DNA from: an uncultured Gammaproteobacteria bacterium
GTDB lineage: Bacteria > Patescibacteriota > Patescibacteriia > Patescibacteriales > UBA12465
DNA: 61,943 bases
NCBI GenBank assembly: GCA_964406935.1
Contig: CAYOTM010000003.1
Location: 1 to 61,943 of the forward strand
Direction: 5' to 3'
In this document: piece after piece, positions 19,983-27,200 of the stretch
Numbering within the stretch: position 1 is the first letter of the stretch
Layout of the letters: each line of letters begins with the position of its first letter
Notes under the pieces: model-generated
The model's database searches: none
What the model saw: the letters and a program-made list of their open reading frames with translations, nothing else
What the model was told of the DNA's origin: nothing
Position numbers and translations under genes: made by a program

Positions 19983-21449
19983 TTAATATTTTTTTCCTGG
20001 TAAAAATCGACGAATATTTTCGAGGGCTGATTTTTTGGCATATTGTTTAATTCTTTCTTTAGCTCGCTTAGTTTTAACAAATTTTAGCCAGTCTTTGTTT
20101 GGGTGCTGGCGATTTTTTTCAGTAATAATTTCAATCATGTCGCCATTTTTTAATATTTGATCGAGTTTAGAGATTTTTTCGTTAATTAATACACCCGCTG
20201 CTCGGTTACCAACATTAGTATGTATAGCATAGGCAAAGTCGATGGGGGTGGCCCCCTCAGACAGCTCAAAAACATCTCCCTTGGGAGAAAAAACAAAAAT
20301 TCGATCGTGAAAGACATCAAGTTTAATTTTTTGCACAAACTCACTAGTATTGGAAACTTCTTTTTGCGCATCTAAAATCTCTTTTACCCAATTGGGTTGA
20401 GCATCAGTCTTCTTAGAAGATTTAGATTTATAGTACCAATGGGCGGCTAAACCATACAAAGACTCCTCATGCATTTCTTTGGTCCTAATTTGAAATTCCA
20501 CCGCTTTACCCTCGGGCCCAAAAATAGTGGTGTGTAAAGAACGATAACCATTAGGCTTAGGGACGGCAATATAATCCTTAAAACGATTAGGTTTGGGGCG
20601 CCATAAAGTATGAATAATTCCTAAGCTTTTATAACAATTATCAATATTATCCACAATAATTCTTAAGGCAAAAACATCATAAATTTCATTAAATTTTCTA
20701 TCTTTTTTTTGCATTTTTTGATAAATGCTGTATAAGTGCTTGAATCTAACTTCAATTTGATAATCAATGTCGGCTTCTTCCATTTTAGGAGAAATAATAT
20801 TTTTTATTTTTTGAAAATATTGATTTCTCTCAGCTCGTTTTTCTACTTCATATTCCTGTTCTAATTCATGAAATTTATCGGGAAATAAATATTTAAAACA
20901 AATATCTTCCATTTGCCATTTTAAGCGCCAAATCCCCAGCATGCCAGCAATCGGCGCATATATTTCTAAAGTTTCCTGAGCGATTCTTTTTTGTTTATTT
21001 TCTGGTAAAGAATCTAGGGTACGCAAATTATGTAAGCGATCACAAAATTTAATAAAAATTACTCGCGTATCATTCGCCATCGCTAAAAACATTTTTTTTA
21101 AATTTTCTCGATAACGCTCAATTCCTCGATATTTAATTTTTCCCAATTTAGTGATGCCTTTAACTAAATAATAAATTTCGGAACCAAATTTTTTGCGAAT
21201 TTCCTTTAAAGTAACCTGAGTATCTTCAGGAACATCATGTAACAGGCCGGCCGCAATTGTTGGTAAATCTGCCTTGATCTCGGCTAATAAATAAGCCGTA
21301 TGTAGGGAATGCTGAATATAAGGCTCGCCACCTTTTCTTAGTTGTTTTTGATGAGCTTTATCGGCAAAATCATAAGCCCGCCTCAGGAGATTAGAATTTT
21401 CTTGAGGGTGATTTTCTTGAAATTTTTTTATTACTCTTTCAATCGTCAT
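19983..21449 (-). CDS. rel: short bifunctional (p)ppGpp synthetase/hydrolase (HD + RelA/SpoT + TGS)
   Basis: HD motif LLHDVPEDT, synthetase motifs YRSLHTTI and EFQIRT, and a TGS-like C-terminus. At 488 aa the usual C-terminal regulatory domains are absent. Confidence 0.9.
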   Translation of the reverse strand: MTIERVIKKFQENHPQENSNLLRRAYDFADKAHQKQLRKGGEPYIQHSLHTAYLLAEIKADLPTIAAGLLHDVPEDTQVTLKEIRKKFGSEIYYLVKGITKLGKIKYRGIERYRENLKKMFLAMANDTRVIFIKFCDRLHNLRTLDSLPENKQKRIAQETLEIYAPIAGMLGIWRLKWQMEDICFKYLFPDKFHELEQEYEVEKRAERNQYFQKIKNIISPKMEEADIDYQIEVRFKHLYSIYQKMQKKDRKFNEIYDVFALRIIVDNIDNCYKSLGIIHTLWRPKPNRFKDYIAVPKPNGYRSLHTTIFGPEGKAVEFQIRTKEMHEESLYGLAAHWYYKSKSSKKTDAQPNWVKEILDAQKEVSNTSEFVQKIKLDVFHDRIFVFSPKGDVFELSEGATPIDFAYAIHTNVGNRAAGVLINEKISKLDQILKNGDMIEIITEKNRQHPNKDWLKFVKTKRAKERIKQYAKKSALENIRRFLPGKKY

Positions 21450-21486
21450 TTATTAGTTTTTTTATATTTTCTAAATTTTATTTATA

Positions 21487-21495
21487 TGGTATAAT
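21487..21495 (+). promoter_or_regulatory. extended -10 promoter element upstream of the giant-protein operon
   Basis: TGGTATAAT (TG-n-TATAAT) lies 78 nt upstream of the ATG at 21573. The -35 is weak. Confidence 0.4.
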
Positions 21496-21572
21496 ATTAA
21501 ATATTAAAAGGCTTAAATTGTTTAGCCTATTTAATAAAATTATAACATAATTATTTAGTAAATTAAATTAAC

Positions 21573-24221
21573 ATGAGCTGTAAAATTATCAAAGTTTTTT
21601 TACTAGTTATTTTTTCTTTTTTTGTAATTCAGACAATACCGGCTTTAGCCCAAGTGAATGAAGTTTATGGGCTTGATGGCCCACCAGTAGCTGGCATGGA
21701 AACCGCCGATGATCTTGACATTAAACAGGTGATTTCTAATATTATCTCCTGGGTTTTAGGATTTTTGGGTTTAATTGCTGTTTCAGTAGTAATGTATGCT
21801 GGTTTTTTATGGATGACATCGGGCGGAGTGGCTGATAAAATAAGTAGGGCCAAGAAAATGTTGATTAATGGTTTAATTGGTTTATTGATAATTATTTTTT
21901 CTTGGGTGATTGTTACCTTAGTTTTTAAAACAGTTTCGGACGCAATATTTGGCGGTGACTTTACCGATAAAATCCCTAGCCAATATTTTAGCCCCGGCTT
22001 TGGCGCTTTAGGAGTTTGTACTTTAAGTTATGTTTATCCTGAGCCGTGGCAAAAGGAAGTGCCCCGCAATACCACAATCATGGTAACCTTTAAGGAAAAG
22101 TTAAACCCTTTATCGGTTTGTATTGCTGACGATGGTAGTCCTTGTGATTGCAATCAAGCAGGGTGTAGTTTAATTAATTATAACAATCTCACTATTTATC
22201 CAAAAAATTTAGGGAACAGTGAAGAAAATTATTTAAAAAATGCGATTGCGCAACTAACTGAAGATCAAAAAACAATTATTATAATTCCTCAAGAATATTT
22301 AGGATCTTCTAGCGGTAATATAAGTTATGTAGTGAGATTATCAGGCTTAGAAAAAGAAAACAATGATTTAATTTTTAGTACCTGTGCCTCTGACTGGTTT
22401 GAGTGGGAGTTTGAAGTAAGTGATAAAATTGACCTTATCCCCCCCCAAATTTTATCAGGCGGTATTTTTCCGTTACCGGATGATGAAAAAGATAATAAAA
22501 TAGAAACTGTTGCGGTTAAAGCTCAAGGCAGTATTAGTGTTCAAGCTTGCCCAGGAATTTATCAAGCAGCTACTAATGAAAACCCAGTTCCTATTGGCAG
22601 CTCTGGCCCTGCTACGGCGACCGTTTATTCTGATTATAGTAAGCCTTATAATACACTAGAGCTTGTTGTTTTATCTAATAATAGCGTCCAACTAAAAAGT
22701 GGAGTCAATTTATTAGGAACAGCTAATTGGGTTAATAATTCTGTCACCTTTCCTGAATATATAACTTTAAATGTTGACAACTGGGAGGCAGGTAACTCTT
22801 GGACGGTGCAAGTTAATCAGAGACAATTAGCCGATACTTTGACTATTGGTAATCAGGTATATACTTTTGCGGAGGAGGCATCTAATATTAGTCAAATAAC
22901 TGTTCCTAGCCCTTGTAATTTAGGGGGCCAAGCTCAAAACATTGCTAATCAATTAAATAATCATCCTAACATCGCACCAACATTGAGTGGCACAACTGTA
23001 AATTTAGAAGCAAGATTAGCTGGTGTAGCTAGTAATTCAATTATTTTAGCCACCACCAATGAAACTGCTTTATTATTAGCGCCAATGAGCGGCGGGCTTA
23101 ATGGGGGCACTAGTTATATTATTAATGATAGTGCTGATGGGCCAATGAATTCTATTATTCAAATTAACTTTAACGAAGCGATTAATCCGTTTAATGTTTC
23201 TGGCCCAGCGACTTTAGTGCAGGATTATATTCGAGTAATAAACAACCAAGCTGGCGCTTTAGCGGCTGGTCAAGCTTGCGGCCAAAACAGTAATTGTTTG
23301 TCTTATAACTGTCAATCTGGCCAATGTATCGGCAATATTTTAGCTGGTGAATTTAGAATTAGCAATCGTTATCGGACAGTAGAGTTTATTAGTGATAATG
23401 AATGTGGCACCAATAGTTGTGGGGAAAAATTTTATTGCCTACCGGCTGATAGTAATCTTCGAGTAGAACTTAGGGCCGCTGATTTACGTTCTTGTGCCTC
23501 TGATAATGACTGTTTGATGTATCAACCATTTGGGCAGTGCCTAAATAGTGACTTAGGCTATCAGACTTGTCAAAACACTGATGGCAGATATTTTCCAACA
23601 TCTGATGTTAATAATTTAAATGGTGTTGTTGATGCCGCCTTTAATTCGCTTGATGGTAATCGTAATTCTTTTGCTGATGGGCCTGCTAGTTATTATAATG
23701 AAAATAATCCCAACCCTGACTCGGGCGATAATTATCGTTGGAGTTTTTTTATTAATGATGTGATTAATACTAATCCTCCAAATATTAATTTTGTTAGTCC
23801 ATTACAGGGATCTCCAGAGGTTTCCAGTATAGATCCAATAAAAATTTATTTTGACTCTTTAATGTTAAATAGTAGTTTACGATCCGGTTCGATTATTTTA
23901 ACTGGCCCCAGCGGAACGACTGAACATAAATTAATTAATTTAAGTACTGATGCGGGGGCCGTGGGCTATTGGATTGGTTCAGAAAATGTTGACTTAAATT
24001 TAGATGGTAAGGCTGATGTTACTTACGCCACCATTTTAAATACAGGATTACCGCCTTTAGTTACTTGGCGAGCCCAAGTTGGCTCAGGAGTGAGAAATAT
24101 TTATCAAAATTGTTTTAAGCCTAGCTCGGGTCCTGATTGTAGCGCTAGCGAAGAAAATCCTTCATGTTGTTTTGGTGCCCCAACCTCTATCTTAGATGCT
24201 CAGGGCAATTGCTTGCCATAA
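21573..24221 (+). CDS. giant surface protein A: VirB2/TrbC-like pilin module fused to an Ig-like/Cys-rich ectodomain
   Basis: 882 aa. Signal peptide (ALA|QV), then two hydrophobic helices flanking a TSGG..R.KK loop. Three SbsA/Big_5-like segments follow (VPRNTTIMVTFKEKLNP, MNSIIQINFNEAINP, IDPIKIYFDSLMLNS), plus Cys clusters. Confidence 0.75.
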   Translation: MSCKIIKVFLLVIFSFFVIQTIPALAQVNEVYGLDGPPVAGMETADDLDIKQVISNIISWVLGFLGLIAVSVVMYAGFLWMTSGGVADKISRAKKMLINGLIGLLIIIFSWVIVTLVFKTVSDAIFGGDFTDKIPSQYFSPGFGALGVCTLSYVYPEPWQKEVPRNTTIMVTFKEKLNPLSVCIADDGSPCDCNQAGCSLINYNNLTIYPKNLGNSEENYLKNAIAQLTEDQKTIIIIPQEYLGSSSGNISYVVRLSGLEKENNDLIFSTCASDWFEWEFEVSDKIDLIPPQILSGGIFPLPDDEKDNKIETVAVKAQGSISVQACPGIYQAATNENPVPIGSSGPATATVYSDYSKPYNTLELVVLSNNSVQLKSGVNLLGTANWVNNSVTFPEYITLNVDNWEAGNSWTVQVNQRQLADTLTIGNQVYTFAEEASNISQITVPSPCNLGGQAQNIANQLNNHPNIAPTLSGTTVNLEARLAGVASNSIILATTNETALLLAPMSGGLNGGTSYIINDSADGPMNSIIQINFNEAINPFNVSGPATLVQDYIRVINNQAGALAAGQACGQNSNCLSYNCQSGQCIGNILAGEFRISNRYRTVEFISDNECGTNSCGEKFYCLPADSNLRVELRAADLRSCASDNDCLMYQPFGQCLNSDLGYQTCQNTDGRYFPTSDVNNLNGVVDAAFNSLDGNRNSFADGPASYYNENNPNPDSGDNYRWSFFINDVINTNPPNINFVSPLQGSPEVSSIDPIKIYFDSLMLNSSLRSGSIILTGPSGTTEHKLINLSTDAGAVGYWIGSENVDLNLDGKADVTYATILNTGLPPLVTWRAQVGSGVRNIYQNCFKPSSGPDCSASEENPSCCFGAPTSILDAQGNCLP
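21651..21920 (+). repeat. copy 1 of the duplicated pilin-module coding repeat
   Basis: About 270 nt, collinear with 24343-24614. Long identical runs include ATGTATGCTGGTTTTTTATGGATGAC and TTTTTGGGTTTAATTGCTGTT. Confidence 0.85.
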
Positions 24222-24252
24222 TTATAGCCATAATAATTTTTAATATATTATC

Positions 24253-27200
24253 ATGAAACGCCCAAATTATTTTTATTTAATTTTTTTCAGCTTGTTGTTG
24301 GGAGCCCTTACTTTATTTCTTGTTAATACTTCAGCCTTGGCTCAAGTAAGTGATGTTTATGGGCTTGATAGCCCGCCAGTAACTGGCATGGAAACAGCTG
24401 ACGACTTAGATTTAAAAGATGCTATTTCTAGGGCCATCTCTTTTGTTTTAGGTTTTTTGGGTTTAATTGCTGTTGTTGTTGTGATGTATGCTGGTTTTTT
24501 ATGGATGACCTCAGGTGGAGCAGTGGAACGAATTGATAGGGCGAAAAGAATGTTAAAAAATGGCTTGATTGGTTTATTAATAATTATTTTTTCTTGGGCC
24601 ATCGTCACTTTAGTAATTAATACAGCGATTAATTTTCCTGGTATTGGCTCGGGAGTGGTTTGTCAAGACGGTGACACTAAGCCCTGTGGTTGCGGTGGCG
24701 TTAGATATTGTTTTGATGGTGCCTGGGGTGTTTGTGAGGGCTCTGATTGTAGTACCCTTCCACCAGGAACCGGGGGTAGTAGTTGTGATGCCAATCCATT
24801 AACACCAGAGTGTGACATTGACAATGATGCTTGCGATCCTAGTTGGTATTGTGATGGCGCTTCTTGTACCTGCAAAGCGCTTGGTAGTATTGGTTCGCCC
24901 TGTAGTAGTGATCCTCTAGGGTCTTGTGTCCCGGATAATAATTTATGTGGTCAGTATTTAACTTGTTCTGATGCTTGTGTCTGTGAAGGGGGTCCGGTGA
25001 TTTTAGATATTATACCAGTTGGCGGATTTTGTTCTAACAATATTAATACCCCTTGTCTCAGTAATGATGATTGTGGGGCGGGTACTTGTGACACCACTAC
25101 TCCCAATGGAGCGATAGATAATTTTATTACTATTTTTGGTTTAAATTTTGGTGATTATCAATCTGGGGTTAGTCAAGTCCTATTTTTTAACAATAGTTTG
25201 CCTGGCGGTGTTCCGGGAAACTTGCCTAGTGACATTAATCCTACTTGCAGTAATCATTGGACCGATACTCAAATCATCATTGCTATCCCAGCTGGAGTTG
25301 ATCTTGGTCCAATTGTAGTGAAAACAGCTGATGGTCAAGAAGATTCTAGTAATGCTGGCCCCGGTCCAGTTTTAGTTGACTTTCAACCTAATAACATTGC
25401 TCGTCCTGGTTTATGTGAAATTGATCCTCAATCAGGGGTAGCTGATGATTTAATTAATTATCAAGGAATCAATTTATTTAATGGTGAAGCTTATTTTGGT
25501 AGCTATACTCAAAACATTAAAGCGGCTGATTCTAATTTTAATGATTCTCAGGGAATAACTGGTAGTGCCTCGGTCCCTTATATTGGGGCTGGCCAAGCTA
25601 GCACTTTTGTAGCTGGCACCATTGCTGGTTTTTTACAAAAAAGCAATTATTTATATTTTACTAAAAATCAAGAACCTCAGGCGACGCCTTTTATTTCTAG
25701 TTTTGAGCCCAGCCAAGGAACGATTGGCCAATATATTACTATTTATGGTAGTGGTTTCGGCGATTTTAAGGGTAATAGTAGTGTTTATTTAGGTGGCAAT
25801 GAGGTTAATTATACTTTTCCAGAGGTTTGCGCTAATTCAGTTTGGGATAATAATAAAATTATCGTTAAGGTTCCCGAAGGAATTGCTAATGGTGATTATA
25901 CAATTAATTTAAATATTGGTTCCTTAACGATTAGCTCTGAACAATTAAATCCAGATAAGTTCACGGTTAATACTAGCTTGCCTCTGCCTCCAAGCTTATG
26001 TCGCGTTTCTCCTATTAGAGGACAAGCTGATTATTCAGTAAAACTATGGGGAGAATATTTTGGGCAAACAAATTCTAGTGCTCAAGCAGTTTTTCATGTT
26101 AATAAATTATTTCTTGGGCTTATTCAAAAAGATGGTACAGCTGATTTATTAGAAGCTAAGGTTCCAGTGGGGGCAATTACTGGCCCACTTAAAGTAGTTA
26201 ATACTAGTAATTTATTAGCTAGCAATAATTTTAATTTTGAAATTGGTCCTTGTCAAACCGATGCTGATTGCGGTCTAGATATTTGTTGTCCAGCTGGAAC
26301 CTTTAAGGCTAATCGTTGTGAAACAACTTTAAATGATTGTTCTTTAGATATTCCCAGTTCCGTTTTTGAATGGAGTTTTAGTACTGGTTTTTCAGGTGAT
26401 GGTGGAAATGGTGTAGGTACTGATAGTTGTGAGGGCTTAGCTCATTTATTGGGTGCTTGTCAGGTTGATGAATTCTGTCCTAATTCGCCCGGTTTATGTT
26501 CAATTTCTCCTTTTGGACAAGCCATTAGTTCTTGTGATAGTTCTTGTAATAGCATTAGTGATTGTGTGGGCAATCAATGTACTTTTGTTTCCTCCTTAGA
26601 TAAATGTAATTTAAACGGCTCTACTTGTTCGGCTGATCAGCCCTTTACTTATGAGTTGGGCGGAGGGACCTATGAAACTACTCGTTCTTGTCAGTTGTTT
26701 AGCGGTCAAGGTCATTGGTATATTCCTATTAAAACTTCTTGCCCTAGTGGTTGGATTAATATTGGTTATGGTTGCAGGTCAATAGAAAATTGTAATGCTT
26801 GCATCGCTGGTTTTAGTTGTGCTGATTTGGGTAGCGGCGGAACCTGTGTTTCAAGTAAGTTGTGTTCGGCTAGCGCCACTTGCGTTAATGATGAATGTTT
26901 ACGCAATCAATCATTTTGTGAATGTTGTTGTGAAATTGGTCAGAGCGAAAGCGATTGTTGTTATCCTTTACAATGTGAAGGAACTTGCGGCTCTGATTTA
27001 GCTGATGATGGCGTCGGACTAGGACGTTGTTCTGGTTGCACAACTTATGTTGGGGGAGTGATTGATCAAGCATTGTCTAACTCGGCTTGTAACTGCCCTG
27101 GTTTTTCTGGTAAATATTGTGACACTAATATTGGTTCGGGCGTTTGTGTCGACTGTTCTAATCTCGGAGAAGATGACTGTCGAGCTAATAGTGATCAATG

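Noticed and set aside
21665-24608. Two similar antisense ORFs (21665-21853 and 24357-24608) that look like a conserved gene pair
   Set aside because: Their similarity is a by-product of the duplicated pilin-module coding repeat on the plus strand. Both are antisense shadows of that repeat.
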